Positions 17,180-29,000 of a stretch of DNA of 64,000 nucleotides are shown here, in pieces. The notes under the pieces were generated by a model. It was not told the DNA's origin. It searched no databases and worked only from the letters and a program-made list of their open reading frames with translations. The stretch is from IMG/VR virus record IMGVR_UViG_3300032236_001191, positions 1-64,000 of that record; one strand, 5' to 3'. Source of the DNA: a virus. Position 1 is the first letter of the stretch, and the number at the start of each line of letters is the position of its first letter. Made by a program: the position numbers and the translations under genes.

Positions 17180-18256
17180 ATGGCATCAGCCGTAACAGGT
17201 ACCGGCAATCTCGCCGCAGCCCCAACAGCGTATTCTGGCGCTAACAGCCAGCTTACACAAGCAATCCAGACCATCTGGTCTAAGGAAATTCTTTTCCAGT
17301 CAATGCCAATTCTACGCTTCGAACAGTTCGCTGTTAAGAAGACAGAACTAGGAGTTGCACCTGGTCTCCAGATCAACTTCATGCGTTACAACAACCTCGG
17401 CTTCGCATCAGCGCTTGTTGAAGGTGTTCGTATGTCAACAAACGCATTGACAGCACAGCAGTTCTCAATCACTGTTGCTGAGCACGGATACGCAATCGCA
17501 GTATCAGAGCTCCTACTTAACGCATCATTCGATGACGTTATGGCATCAGCTTCACGTCTTCTCGGACGTAACATGGCTCTCTACCTTGATGGCCAGGCTC
17601 GTGACACACTTATGGCAGCATCTTCTGTCATCTACGGTTACGACCGCACATCTGCTAACGCAGTTAACAACTGGTATGACTACGGTACAAAGGGCACAAA
17701 CCGTGCTTCAATGACCGGTAACTTCGCTCTCACAACTGCAACCGTTAAGGACGCAGTCGAGACACTTGCAACCAAGAACATCCCTCGCTTGGGTGAGACA
17801 TACGTTGCATTCGTTCACCCACACCAGAGCCGTAAGCTTCGTGACAACCCAGAGTTCATCGAAGTAACAAAGTACGCAGCTCCAGGTAACTTCATGCTCG
17901 GTGAAATCGGTCGTCTATACGACACAGTATTCATCGAAACTACACAGATCCAGAAGGTCCCAGGCGGAGCAGGAGCTGGCTATTCAGCTGACTCAACTGT
18001 TGCACCAGGATCAATCGTTTACCCAACTGGTGGAGGATACACATCTCCAACAACAAAGACAGGTAACGGAGCAGCAGATCGCTACTCAGCTATCTTCATT
18101 GGTGACAACGCATTCGGACACGCAATTTCACTTCCTGTGGAACTTCGTGATGGTGGTATTCTTGACTTCGGTCGTGAGCACGCACTTGCTTGGTATGCAA
18201 TCTACGGTCTTGGTCTTATTACAGATCAGTCTGTTGTTATCGCAGAAACCAACTAA
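17180..18256 (+). CDS. major capsid protein (N4-gp56-like, HK97 fold)
   Basis: LRFEQFA, INFMRY, EHGYA, YVAFVHPHQ, GEIGRLY, DFGRE..LAWY; strongly biased codons. Confidence 0.92.
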   Translation: MASAVTGTGNLAAAPTAYSGANSQLTQAIQTIWSKEILFQSMPILRFEQFAVKKTELGVAPGLQINFMRYNNLGFASALVEGVRMSTNALTAQQFSITVAEHGYAIAVSELLLNASFDDVMASASRLLGRNMALYLDGQARDTLMAASSVIYGYDRTSANAVNNWYDYGTKGTNRASMTGNFALTTATVKDAVETLATKNIPRLGETYVAFVHPHQSRKLRDNPEFIEVTKYAAPGNFMLGEIGRLYDTVFIETTQIQKVPGGAGAGYSADSTVAPGSIVYPTGGGYTSPTTKTGNGAADRYSAIFIGDNAFGHAISLPVELRDGGILDFGREHALAWYAIYGLGLITDQSVVIAETN

Positions 18257-18266
18257 TTTAAATAGA

Positions 18267-18292
18267 TTGGGGGCAGGGAAACCTGCCCCCAA
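18267..18292 (+). terminator. hairpin after MCP
   Basis: TTGGGGGCAGG-GAAA-CCTGCCCCCAA. Confidence 0.7.
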
Positions 18293-18319
18293 CACAAACA
18301 TTACAGGAGAATAATAATC

Positions 18320-18685
18320 GTGGCAAAAGCAAAAGTAACAGACGTCACAGGACGTCAGCGTGAAGAAATGATCAAGGCTAATGCGGAAGCACTAGCTGAT
18401 CGGGCAAACGAAATGTCAATGGCTACTATGGAGGCCCAGTCTCGTCTTGAGACAGAAATCATTGACCTTTCATCACCGGCTCAACCTACTGTCATTGACG
18501 AGGTTGAAGTTCTCGGAGTTGACCTAGCAGACGATATGCAAGTCATTCGTGTTGCTGAGGATCTAGATTTTGTAACAATTGGCGCTGGAAACCATTTCTC
18601 GTTTAAAGCAGGCCAAAAGTATAAGGTCGCTAAGTATGTAGCTCAACACCTTCAGGAAAAGGGTTACCTCTACGACCGTATGTAA
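18320..18685 (+). CDS. hypothetical head-associated protein
   Basis: SD AGGAG; C-terminal FKAGQKYKV...HLQEKG. Confidence 0.7.
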   Translation: MAKAKVTDVTGRQREEMIKANAEALADRANEMSMATMEAQSRLETEIIDLSSPAQPTVIDEVEVLGVDLADDMQVIRVAEDLDFVTIGAGNHFSFKAGQKYKVAKYVAQHLQEKGYLYDRM

Positions 18686-18698
18686 CAACATAGAGATT

Positions 18699-18747
18699 GC
18701 TCACTCCGACAACTGCCCTCCTGTCGGAGTGGGCCCTTTCTTTGTTT
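18699..18747 (+). terminator. intrinsic terminator
   Basis: 13-bp stem GCTCACTCCGACA/TGTCGGAGTGGGC followed by T-rich tract. Confidence 0.8.
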
Positions 18748-18805
18748 AGCCTGACTATTGGACTAATATATAAGATTATTAGCCTATAGCTTAGTTGGAG
18801 GATTA

Positions 18806-19900
18806 GTGGCAAATATTCAAACCCTAGCCAATAGGCTTAGAGCTGAGATTGGCGATGTTGGCCGCTCTTTTGAGGAGACCTTCACAGGAGACGGAACCAC
18901 TAAACGTTTCCAGCTCGCCTTTGCCCCTCTAAAGGGATACACACTTAGAATTTACGTAGACGGTGTCGATGTATCATCCACCGCAGCTATTGAAGAAGTC
19001 AGTGGATTATTTCAACTTCACAACACCCCAGCTAATAACTCAATTATTAAAGTCTCTGGCGTAACCTATAAATACTTTACAGACACAGAGATTCAGTACT
19101 ATGTTAGTACAGCCTTCTTTGAGCACTCCCACACAGCTACAACCACAGCGGGTGCCACAGTAACTCTACAAACTCTTCCCTTAGTTGAAGAGTACCCACT
19201 TGTTATCCTTGCATCTACCATGGCCCTATATACCCTGGCTACAGATGCCTCATTTGATATTGACATTCTTTCTCCAGACGGTGTGAACATCCCACGTTCT
19301 GAACGTTATCGTCAGCTATCACAGGTTATTCAGGAACGTAAAGAGCAGTATCGTGAACTATGTTCATTGTTAGGTATTGGACTATACCGCATTGAAGTTC
19401 AGACGCTACGTCGCATTAGCCGTGGAACAAATCGCTATGTTCCTATTTATCGTCCACAAGAAGTCGACGATGGTTCTATTCCACAGCGTGTTTACCTTTC
19501 CCTACCTTCTTATTGGGATCAGACTCCTCCAGGACCTGCTATGCCTAAAGATCTTGAATTTATGGCTGGCGATGATTTCATGGAGAAGTTTTACTTTGAC
19601 CATGATTTAACTGACTGGACTCCTCTTGCTCAGATTCGCCTATACCCACAGCTACCTGCAGATCAAGTTGGCCCACTTCTACTAGGAACCTTTAATATTA
19701 CTAAGGCTTCCTCTAAGAATAATGGGACTTTAGATACTTTGGTACTTACCCTACCAGGATCAGTAACTAAAGAACTTCCACGCACTTCTTATTGGGATCT
19801 ACAATTAACTTCTACCGCAGGCATTACAAAAACATATTTAACTGGTAAAATCTTTACGAAAGCCCAGATAACAACAACAAACGGGGATTACCATGTCTAA
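18806..19900 (+). CDS. head-tail connector fused to an Ig-like insert and a C-terminal fibre-anchor-like domain
   Basis: LRAEIGD...FTDTEIQYY adaptor pattern; [10 protein letters not shown] insert; AGDDF..DLTDWTP.AQIR..YWDLQLT C-domain. Confidence 0.6.
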   Translation: MANIQTLANRLRAEIGDVGRSFEETFTGDGTTKRFQLAFAPLKGYTLRIYVDGVDVSSTAAIEEVSGLFQLHNTPANNSIIKVSGVTYKYFTDTEIQYYVSTAFFEHSHTATTTAGATVTLQTLPLVEEYPLVILASTMALYTLATDASFDIDILSPDGVNIPRSERYRQLSQVIQERKEQYRELCSLLGIGLYRIEVQTLRRISRGTNRYVPIYRPQEVDDGSIPQRVYLSLPSYWDQTPPGPAMPKDLEFMAGDDFMEKFYFDHDLTDWTPLAQIRLYPQLPADQVGPLLLGTFNITKASSKNNGTLDTLVLTLPGSVTKELPRTSYWDLQLTSTAGITKTYLTGKIFTKAQITTTNGDYHV

Positions 19901-21551
19901 TTACGATGCACCAAATTTAATTGGTATGCCATCTGATGATAACAATGACCCTAGTGTTTATCTATTAGGTGCTCAAGGTTCTCTCCCAGCTGCAGGTCCA
20001 ACTGGCCCAACAGGTCCTAATGGCGCAACAGGCCCAACAGGTTCTCGTGGAGCAACAGGACCTACAGGTGCTGGTGTAACCGGTGCTACAGGCGCCACAG
20101 GCGCAGCTGGAGCTACTGGAACAACTGGTCCTAAAGGTGACATGGGTCTTACTGGTGACATTGGTCCCACAGGTGCACAAGGAAACATTGGACCTACAGG
20201 TGCAACTGGAGCAGACTCTACAGTCCCTGGACCACAAGGAGATACCGGACCACAAGGTCCTACAGGTTCTCGTGGACCTAAAGGTGATACAGGTATTCAA
20301 GGCCCTAAGGGCGATCAAGGTGTAACAGGCCCAACTGGTGCTACAGGCGTTGGCGTAACTGGACCAACTGGTTCACAAGGTATTCAAGGTGCAACTGGAA
20401 ATACTGGAGCAACCGGTGCTACCGGTGCTAAGGGCGCAACTGGTGCGGATAGTACAGTAGCCGGCCCACAAGGTCCACAAGGACCAACAGGTTTAACTGG
20501 TGTTAAAGGTGATAAAGGCGACACTGGTGCAAAAGGTGATACCGGAGCAACTGGTAACACAGGTGCGACAGGTGCTACAGGTTATGGCGCACAAGGTAAT
20601 ACTGGTGCTACAGGACCTAAGGGCGATGCTGGTGCAACAGGACCACAAGGTAATACAGGTCCACAAGGTTTGCCAGGTCCAGTAGGTGCTACTGGTGCAA
20701 CTGGTATTGAAGGACCTGCGTCTACAGTTCAAGGACCAACTGGTCCACAAGGACCTACAGGTCCACAAGGTGTTTCTATTAAATACCAGGGAATGCTTGC
20801 AAATACTGCAGCATTGCAAGCGATTACCGGACAAAAGATTAATGATGCATACATCATTGGTAAAGATCTTTGGGTTTGGGAAGGCAGTACTTGGGATAAT
20901 GTTGGTGCAATTGTCGGACCTACAGGTCCACAAGGACAAGTTGGACCTACTGGAGCAACAGGCGCAACTGGTGCACAAGGAAATAGTATTACTGGTCCTA
21001 CCGGTGCAACAGGTGCTGACAGCACAGTAGCCGGACCAACTGGAGCGACTGGTGCAACTGGAGCTCAAGGACCTACTGGAGCAACTGGAACAGCTGGATT
21101 AAATGGAGCAACTGGAGCGACAGGTTTAACTGGCGCTACTGGAGCTACAGGTCCAACTGGAGCAACAGGTGCTGCATCTACAGTAGCTGGACCTCAAGGT
21201 CCAACAGGTGCAACTGGCGCAACAGGAGCTTCTGTAACTGGAGCTACTGGAGCGACTGGCGCTACAGGATCAACTGGTGCTACCGGTTCAACTGGGGCCA
21301 CAGGTTCAACTGGGGCAACTGGTCCAACAGGAGCCGCTGGAACTAATGGATTAAATGGAGCTACCGGTGCAACTGGAGCAACTGGATCCACTGGTGCCAC
21401 TGGTGCTACAGGAGCTGCGGGCGTATCAAATATTCCGGGTCCACAAGGACCAACAGGCCCTCAAGGTGCTAGTATTATCAACATTGATGGTGGAACACCA
21501 ACAACTAATTATGGTGGAATTTCGAACGTGGATCTCGGAGGAGTTAACTGA
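19893..21551 (+). CDS. collagen-like fibre protein (GPT/GAT repeats)
   Basis: Long G-X-Y runs, [13 protein letters not shown] interruption, C-terminal IDGG. Confidence 0.9.
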   Translation: MSNYDAPNLIGMPSDDNNDPSVYLLGAQGSLPAAGPTGPTGPNGATGPTGSRGATGPTGAGVTGATGATGAAGATGTTGPKGDMGLTGDIGPTGAQGNIGPTGATGADSTVPGPQGDTGPQGPTGSRGPKGDTGIQGPKGDQGVTGPTGATGVGVTGPTGSQGIQGATGNTGATGATGAKGATGADSTVAGPQGPQGPTGLTGVKGDKGDTGAKGDTGATGNTGATGATGYGAQGNTGATGPKGDAGATGPQGNTGPQGLPGPVGATGATGIEGPASTVQGPTGPQGPTGPQGVSIKYQGMLANTAALQAITGQKINDAYIIGKDLWVWEGSTWDNVGAIVGPTGPQGQVGPTGATGATGAQGNSITGPTGATGADSTVAGPTGATGATGAQGPTGATGTAGLNGATGATGLTGATGATGPTGATGAASTVAGPQGPTGATGATGASVTGATGATGATGSTGATGSTGATGSTGATGPTGAAGTNGLNGATGATGATGSTGATGATGAAGVSNIPGPQGPTGPQGASIINIDGGTPTTNYGGISNVDLGGVN

Positions 21552-21958
21552 TGTCAGTTCAATTTCAATTTAGACGTGGTCTAGCGTCCGAATGGTCTAC
21601 TGCAAACACTATACTTGCTGATGGTGAACTTGGTTTAGAAACCGATAGCCGTAAGTTTAAGATTGGTAATGGCGTCCTTGGTTGGAATGCGTTACCTTAT
21701 GCTTCAGGAGCTGCTGGTGCAACCGGCGCTACTGGTGCAGCTGGTACTGCTGGTGCAGCAGGAGCTACAGGACCTACCGGATCAGCAGGAGCTACAGGAG
21801 CTACTGGTGCAGCAGGTCCAGCAGGAACTCCTGGAGATACCGGCTTAAATAGAAAAGTAATTGATGATGCATTTCTTGGAACTAGCTTTTACTTCAACAA
21901 GCAGTTCTTAACTTCAACAGTTGCTCAAACCACTATCGCACCAATTACGTTAATTTAG
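21551..21958 (+). CDS. Mtd-N/hyaluronidase-N-like domain plus short collagen
   Basis: QFRRG..EW...N.ILADGELGLETD..KFKIGNG...W..LPY. Confidence 0.8.
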   Translation: MSVQFQFRRGLASEWSTANTILADGELGLETDSRKFKIGNGVLGWNALPYASGAAGATGATGAAGTAGAAGATGPTGSAGATGATGAAGPAGTPGDTGLNRKVIDDAFLGTSFYFNKQFLTSTVAQTTIAPITLI

Positions 21959-21970
21959 GAAGGACGTTAA

Positions 21971-24900
21971 GTGTCAAGAAACGTATTACTGGAGTCTGAT
22001 TACACATTTAATCCGTCTACCTACACCCTAACACTTCGCAATAAGTGGATCCCACAAGAGCGTATTATGCTCATTACCAACGTAACTCGTAACGTTGTTT
22101 ACTATAACTTTTCAGATTCAACAAAGTCACTTACTTCTGTAACTAAGCTTGATACTGGTGATGGACTTCTCCACACAGTTATCGTTCTTAACTCAGCTTT
22201 GTTCTCAGGAACAACCCAGCTTTCTACAGATAAGATTCAAATTTACATTGATGAATATGCTCAGACATTTATTCCTGAAGAAACCTTTACAGATGCGGCT
22301 CAAAAGCAGCGTGTAACAACCCCACAGTCTCTTATTGATACTGACTTTGAATACTCAATTCAGCCATCTAAGTGGGAAACTATCTTCCTAACAAATAACT
22401 ATCCTTCATACTTCCCTAAGCCTAACGGTGGTAACGCCATCACAGCTACCTCCATCTCAGGTGATGGTGCTTCTCCACGTTCATTGATCACAGTAACCTC
22501 AACATTGCCTCATGGTTTTGTAACCGGTAACATTATAAACGTTCAGGAAACTCTTAATGCTCGTGTAGAAGGAACTTTTCTTATTACATCAGTTCCTTCA
22601 ATATATTCCTTTACCTACCGTGCTCGTGGTGTAGTATCTGGCGAACAGATTTACCAGGGTCTTACTACAGTATACGGTGGAGACGTTTATGACGGAGCAC
22701 ACATTCCTGGAGGTAACTACCCAGGTCTTGGAGCTATCCCAGGCGCACCAAACACTCTAGATAACTCTTGGTTAGTTTCTACAGACGCTGCGTCACCTTC
22801 TAACATCACTCTTACTTTTAAGTACCCACACGGAATGCTTCCAGGGCAGTCGCTTACTATTGCTGGAACAAACAGCTTTGATGGTGACTTTATCATCCAT
22901 ACTGTTCCTAGCATGACTCAGCTTATATTCCAGGCAACAACTTACCTACCGTCTGTAAACAACGCAGGTGGTACTGGCCGTGTTATTGCTAAGTCTGATG
23001 GTTATGTAATTCACCGTCCTTATGACGCTGGTGTTGCAATCACAACATACAATAACGTTCCAGGACTTCAGACTATTCGTCAGACTCGCCGTTACTTCCG
23101 CTATCAAGCTGGTAAGGGTATGCAGTTCTCAACAGGTGCAAAGCTAACACCTACATTCAATATTGATAGCATTTCTTCTAGCACAGGCGTTTCTGGTCAG
23201 ACAGCTTTAGTTACTGTTACAACCATGGAAGATCATGGTATGCAGGCAGGAGCCACAGTATACGTAGAAAACGTTCAGGTTACAAACGTTCCGCAGTATA
23301 ACCCTTACAATGGTTCTTTTGTTGTAGCAAGCGTACTTAACTCAAACGTATTCACATACCAGGTAACTCTTACACAGAACCTACCTACAACAGATCTTAC
23401 ACCTAACGGCCAGAGCTCTTATGCTCACTGTACTGCTTGGGTTGGAGCTGAAACTCGTGCAGGAATGTACGACGAGCAGAATGGTTTTTATTTCTCATTT
23501 AACGGTACCAACCTTGCAGTTAACCGTCGTCACTCCGAAAAGGTTCTTTCTGGACGTATCAACCTTACACAGAACAGCCCATTAGTAACTGGTACTGGAA
23601 CACAGTTCCGTAAACAGCTTGTAGTTGGTAACAAAATTGTTATTAAGGGTTCTTCTTACCTTATTACCGCAATCTCATCTGATACCCAGCTTTATGTTGC
23701 CCCAGCCTATAAGGGCCTAAACGCTACAGGTCAGCGTGCAACTATTACACAAAACATCCAGTATCCACAATCTTCTTGGAACATGGATAAGTGCGATGGT
23801 ACAGGCCCTTCAGGCTACACAATTGATACTAAGCGTATGCAGATGATCTACATCGATTACTCATGGTACGGTGCAGGAACTATCCGCTTTGGTGTTCGTG
23901 GCCCTCGTGGTAATATCATTTACGTACACCGTATTGTTAACTCTAATACTAACCAGCTTGCTTATCAGAAGTCTGGTAACTTGCCTGCTCGTTACGAAGT
24001 AGATAACGCACCTATTACTTTCAGCCGTTTAACCTCAGGTGGAGCGGGTGTAGAAGGCGCACAGCTTAATGCCACAGATTCAGTTCTTTATGTAGATAAC
24101 GTAACAAACTGGGCAACCTCAGGTTACCTACTAGTTAAAGATGATACAAATATTGAAATCATGACCTATAACGGAATTGGCGCATACAACACAGCTGCGT
24201 TTGGTTACCCAGTAACCCTTACAGGACGTCGTCAATCAATTAGCTTGATCTATCCAGATCAGCCATTTACATTCAAAGCCACTACTCAGAATCAGCTCTT
24301 TACACCAGATTCATCAATTACTGGTGTCGGTGGATCTGCTCAAGTAGCCGTACAGCCAATCAACCAAACTTGTGCCCCGATCATTCAGCACTGGGGATCT
24401 TCTGTGGTTATGGACGGAGGCTACCAGCAAGACTTGCTCGCAGTCTTTACCGGTGGTATGACTAAGTACCAGACTATCGCTGCAGGTATTACACGTCCGC
24501 TTCTTGCAATTCGTCCAGCACCTTCTGTGGATAACGCAATTGCACGTAACTACGGTATCCGTGAACTTATTAACCGCATGGCTCTGAACCTTCAGTCTAT
24601 CGGAGTTCAGACTAATGGTTCTTACCGTATCGACGTTATCTTGAACCCTTCATACCTTGGATACACCAACTGGACAACAGCCCAGCTTACAGTAACCCGT
24701 TCTTCAGTATCTGGTACCTCAGGTAACAACTTCTTCCTAGTTAACGATACCGGTACTATCAACATCGCTGGTGTAACAGGTCTTGGTGTTGGTATGTTTG
24801 TTACTGGTTCTGGTGTTCAGGCTAATACCTACATCACTAACATCCAGGGTAACATCGTAACCCTAAGCACCAACTTGACAGGTAACACTACCGGTTCATA

Positions 24901-25291
24901 TACCTTTACCCCAACCACACCATTCACTGGACTTCCTAACGACTGGGCCCGTGACTCTGTTGGCCAGTCTTCCCTAGCTCAGGTACTATACTTTGACAAC
25001 GCTGGTTCAGGTCAGGGTAACATTCAGACCGCCTCAGGCATTATTACCGGTGGTGATTCGATCTTCTCCTTCTATACCGAAAACGGTGGAGGTGCTTCGA
25101 ACTACAACTCCTCAATCTACTCCCTCGTAGGTGCAAAGGATATCGGAAACTCCTATATGTCCGGAAACGGTAACGTTTCTACCCCAGGATTCCCTAATGG
25201 CCCTGACGTAATCGTTATTCAGGCAACCAATATCGGTATCGCCTCATCCCAGATCTCAGCTCGTATCTCTTGGACAGAGGCTCAGGCTTAA
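21971..25291 (+). CDS. large virion fibre/structural protein (1106 aa)
   Basis: YTFNP..ITNVT N-terminus, repeated T...HG..G..I.V beta modules, RQTRRYFRYQ.GK and YSWYGAG motifs. Confidence 0.75.
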   Translation: MSRNVLLESDYTFNPSTYTLTLRNKWIPQERIMLITNVTRNVVYYNFSDSTKSLTSVTKLDTGDGLLHTVIVLNSALFSGTTQLSTDKIQIYIDEYAQTFIPEETFTDAAQKQRVTTPQSLIDTDFEYSIQPSKWETIFLTNNYPSYFPKPNGGNAITATSISGDGASPRSLITVTSTLPHGFVTGNIINVQETLNARVEGTFLITSVPSIYSFTYRARGVVSGEQIYQGLTTVYGGDVYDGAHIPGGNYPGLGAIPGAPNTLDNSWLVSTDAASPSNITLTFKYPHGMLPGQSLTIAGTNSFDGDFIIHTVPSMTQLIFQATTYLPSVNNAGGTGRVIAKSDGYVIHRPYDAGVAITTYNNVPGLQTIRQTRRYFRYQAGKGMQFSTGAKLTPTFNIDSISSSTGVSGQTALVTVTTMEDHGMQAGATVYVENVQVTNVPQYNPYNGSFVVASVLNSNVFTYQVTLTQNLPTTDLTPNGQSSYAHCTAWVGAETRAGMYDEQNGFYFSFNGTNLAVNRRHSEKVLSGRINLTQNSPLVTGTGTQFRKQLVVGNKIVIKGSSYLITAISSDTQLYVAPAYKGLNATGQRATITQNIQYPQSSWNMDKCDGTGPSGYTIDTKRMQMIYIDYSWYGAGTIRFGVRGPRGNIIYVHRIVNSNTNQLAYQKSGNLPARYEVDNAPITFSRLTSGGAGVEGAQLNATDSVLYVDNVTNWATSGYLLVKDDTNIEIMTYNGIGAYNTAAFGYPVTLTGRRQSISLIYPDQPFTFKATTQNQLFTPDSSITGVGGSAQVAVQPINQTCAPIIQHWGSSVVMDGGYQQDLLAVFTGGMTKYQTIAAGITRPLLAIRPAPSVDNAIARNYGIRELINRMALNLQSIGVQTNGSYRIDVILNPSYLGYTNWTTAQLTVTRSSVSGTSGNNFFLVNDTGTINIAGVTGLGVGMFVTGSGVQANTYITNIQGNIVTLSTNLTGNTTGSYTFTPTTPFTGLPNDWARDSVGQSSLAQVLYFDNAGSGQGNIQTASGIITGGDSIFSFYTENGGGASNYNSSIYSLVGAKDIGNSYMSGNGNVSTPGFPNGPDVIVIQATNIGIASSQISARISWTEAQA

Positions 25292-25362
25292 TTATGGTTA
25301 GGGAATTCAATAGTTCTAAATCTGCTATACTTCGAGAAACCTTGGAAAGTAGGTAACCCACA

Positions 25363-25701
25363 ATGGCTAACTATGCCGCTCTGAGTAGCCAAATCACTCA
25401 GTTAACAAACGATATGACCACCAGCCTTACAGGTGGAACATATACTTCTCAGGACTATGCGTACTATGCAAATGCGCTTAATACCTTGGGAACAATGCTT
25501 GGTGTCAACGACATTGTGGCTGCCACATCTAACCAAGTAACACTTATCACCACAGCAGGAACCACTCAGACTGGTCTTGTAAACACAGCAGGATCAACGC
25601 AGGTTGGTCTAGTAAACTCTGCGGGAAGCACACAGCTTTCAGCAATCAACTCAACAGCAACTAACCTACAGATTCTAGCTTACATGGGAGTTCTAGCATA
25701 A
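25363..25701 (+). CDS. fibre linker protein
   Basis: 11-residue TAG.TQ.GLVN repeats; hydrophobic C-terminal tail LAYMGVLA. Confidence 0.7.
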   Translation: MANYAALSSQITQLTNDMTTSLTGGTYTSQDYAYYANALNTLGTMLGVNDIVAATSNQVTLITTAGTTQTGLVNTAGSTQVGLVNSAGSTQLSAINSTATNLQILAYMGVLA

Positions 25702-26003
25702 TGGCAACTACAGTAACACTTATTCGCCGTGGTACCGCAGGCACCACAGATGCAGGTTATACTATCACCGGTGTAACTAACGCAATCATCACTAACGTAA
25801 TTTTGTCTAACAAGACATCAAACACACGCTACGCAACAGTAACTGTTGGTGGCTACTCATTCTGCACGAACCTTCAGATTCCTGCAAATGGTACAGTTAA
25901 CTTTGACGCTCGTCTAGTAGCTAACAACAATGACGTTGTCGTTGTTACAGCTGATCAGGCAGCAGCAGTTGACTTCTTCATCTCTGGCGTTTATAACTCC
26001 TAA
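25701..26003 (+). CDS. small beta-sandwich fibre adaptor
   Basis: AIITNVILSNKT..IPANGT; resembles 32894 ORF. Confidence 0.7.
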   Translation: MATTVTLIRRGTAGTTDAGYTITGVTNAIITNVILSNKTSNTRYATVTVGGYSFCTNLQIPANGTVNFDARLVANNNDVVVVTADQAAAVDFFISGVYNS

Positions 26004-26026
26004 TAACTAAGGACAGGTAACTACTT

Positions 26027-29000
26027 ATGGCAATCTCCGCATATAAAGACGTAATCGTCTTCCCGAATGATAACTCGGGTCGTGTTAACATTAAAGAGCA
26101 GGCGTTTACTGCCAGTGGTACCTGGACAGCACCATCCGGCGTTACAGCTGCACAAGTTATTCTTGTTGGTGCAGGCGGCGGTGGAGGTGGAGGATCTACC
26201 TCAGTAGCCGGCGGTGGTGGCGGTGGAGGCCAGGTTGTTGTACAGAATCTTTCTGTCACACCAGGAACTTCATACCAGATTAACATCGGTGCTGGTGGAC
26301 AAGGTGGACAGACTTCCCTTATCTCAGCAACTGATACAACCTCAACACTTCCAGGCGCAAACGGTGGAACTACTACATTTGGTGCTACAACTGTTTGGAA
26401 CTACCTAACAAACCCAGACTTTGATTACAACATTCTTGGTTGGGATCCTGAAGTTCAATACCGCTTTGTAACAGGTGTGAGTGCTCAGACATCAGTTCAA
26501 GTATTTCCTAACTCAGCTGGTCTTGTTGTTGGTATGTATCTTCTTGGTACAAGCCTTGGTTCGCTTACCCAAATCACAGCGATTACAGGTAACGTTCTAA
26601 CCCTTTCTGTAGCTAACTCTGGAGCGGTTAACACACTTGCTCGTTTTGATATGAACAACTCTCAGCTTGTTCCAGCTAATACAACTATTAACGTAATTAG
26701 CTCAGCTGGTGTGGATGCAATCACAGGTACTAACACATTCGCTGTTAACACCCCAGGATCTCCTTACACCAACACATTGACTGGTACAACACAGCCACAG
26801 ATTCTTTCAAACAACTTGATGCCAGCACGTTTGGCTCAGCTTGAAGATCCTACGCTTGTATCAGGTTCATATATTATTACCCAGGGTGTTAACGCACCTA
26901 CACTATCTGTTACTAACGCTGGTATGCCTGCAAAGATCACCCCAGAAATGACTGGTGCGGTCACAACTACAGCTACAGCTGCTAACGGTGCTACAACAAT
27001 TACAGTAGCCAACGCTTTTGGTATCTATGCAAATATGTTTATCTTTGCATCATCAGGTATTGCTACAGGTACCTATGTACTCTCAGTAAGCGGTACATCT
27101 GTAACTCTCAGCGCTGGTGTAACAGGTACACTTTCAGCATCAACTGTTTACTTCTCATATAACTCAACAGTTGGTAACAATGCTCTTCTAGCTGTAACAG
27201 GTGCTGCAGTTTCAGCTGCTAACCCAGGTTGGATTAACTTCTCAACTGTTAACAACACCTCTAACAACTCAGGCTCTTCATCCTACGTCGGTGGTTACCA
27301 GGGTATCCCATGGATCCCAGGCGCAACATACACAGTATCTGCGTATGTTTCAACTAACTCTAACGTATCAACTTCAACACCAATCATCTTCCAGCTTCGT
27401 TCTGCTGGTTGGTCTTACATGGCACAGTCCAACATCAACTACCTTGGTGGTACAGGTACTTATACACCTAACACTAACACAATTGATTCTGGTACAGCTA
27501 ACGGATTCTTCGTCCGTCAGGCTACTGCAGCTGCTATGACTAACTACGGTGCTTCAGTAACTTCAACTGCTACTGGTTCAAGCGGATCTACACAGTTCGT
27601 AGTTGCTAACGCAGCCGGTGTTTATGTCGGTATGACAATCACAGCAGTTGGTGTGACTGTTGGTACAACTGTTACATCTATTACAGGTTCAACAGGTTCA
27701 CAGACAGTAACAATGTCTGCAGTATCTACAGCCCCACTATCTAATACCTCAGTAACATTTGCAATGCCTTCAGGTGTTCAGATCCTAGGATCTACTGTTA
27801 CAACAGGTCAGACCGGATGGCGCCGTATTTACGCAACAATCACAACACCTTCGATCTCAGCTGTTTCAGCAACTGCTACAAACAACATCTACGGTCTAGG
27901 TTCTACACCACAGTTTATCTACCCAACTATCGTTCTAGAACAGCCTAATACATCGTTCTGGTTTGATAATATCCAGGTAGAACTTGGCTCAATCCCTACA
28001 ACATGGCAGCCACCTGTTTACCAGCAAATCTCATCAGTTTCTGTACAGTCAGTTTCTAATACCACAGGTAACCTTGAAACTGCACACCGTCCAGTTCGTG
28101 TAAACGCTGGTTCACCTTACTCAGGCTCTATGTACGTAACAGCTCTTGGTACAAACCCACTTTACTACCCAATTGCAGCATTCCTTGAGTGGATGGATTC
28201 AGACTTTAACGTGATCTCACGTACAGTCGGTTCAAACAACTTCCTACCACTTCTTGCTCAGCAGACCGCAACAGTGCAGATGCCAAATACAACTTACCCA
28301 GTTCGTATTGGTGTTACTGGTTCAGCTCCTGCTACAGCTTCTTGGGTACGTCTCGGATTCTCTGTATACCAGGGTGCTCGTGGTGCTGCAACAGCAATTC
28401 AGTACAACATGTTCTACCCAGTACTCGAAGCTGGTTCAAACAGCTTTACACAGCCAAAGCGTCCAGACGGTATTAACTACTTCTGGTCAGGTCAGCCTGG
28501 TGCATCAGCCCTCATTAGCGGTTGGACACTAGCTGCTGAAGGAGGCGGTGGAGGTGGAACTTACAACTCTAACAACCTACATTGGCAGTATGGCCTTGAA
28601 GGCGGAAACAACGGCGGACACTCTGCTGTAAACGCTTACAACGCACTTACACTTGCCGGTGGCGGTGGAGGTTCATTCTCTGCTGGTATGCCTGGTCAAG
28701 CTTGGGGTACTTCAGGTACTAACAACACAACTAACAACCCAGGCTCTTCTACAGCTCGTACAGCCGGTCTTTACAGCCACACATTCCCACTTCGTGGAAA
28801 TCTTGGCGGTTTTGCTCACTGGGATGGTGGAGCTAACTCACCTTACATCGTTGGACAAGGTGGAGACGGTGGACTTGGTCAGCAGATTTCAGGTCTTACC
28901 TCAGGTTCAGCTCTTGGCCTCACCCTTGGCGGTGGCGGTGGCGGAGCTGGTTGGGGATCAACCGGTTCAAACCAGACTTACCCAGGCCGTGGAAACGGTG

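Noticed and set aside
19965-21573. Many alternative-frame and antisense ORFs over the collagen gene (also 36059-36697)
   Set aside because: By-products of G-X-Y codon periodicity; no SD or independent signal
21551-21958. Diversity-generating retroelement suggested by the Mtd-N-like domain
   Set aside because: No reverse transcriptase or TR/VR pair seen in the window; the domain is a common fibre N-terminus
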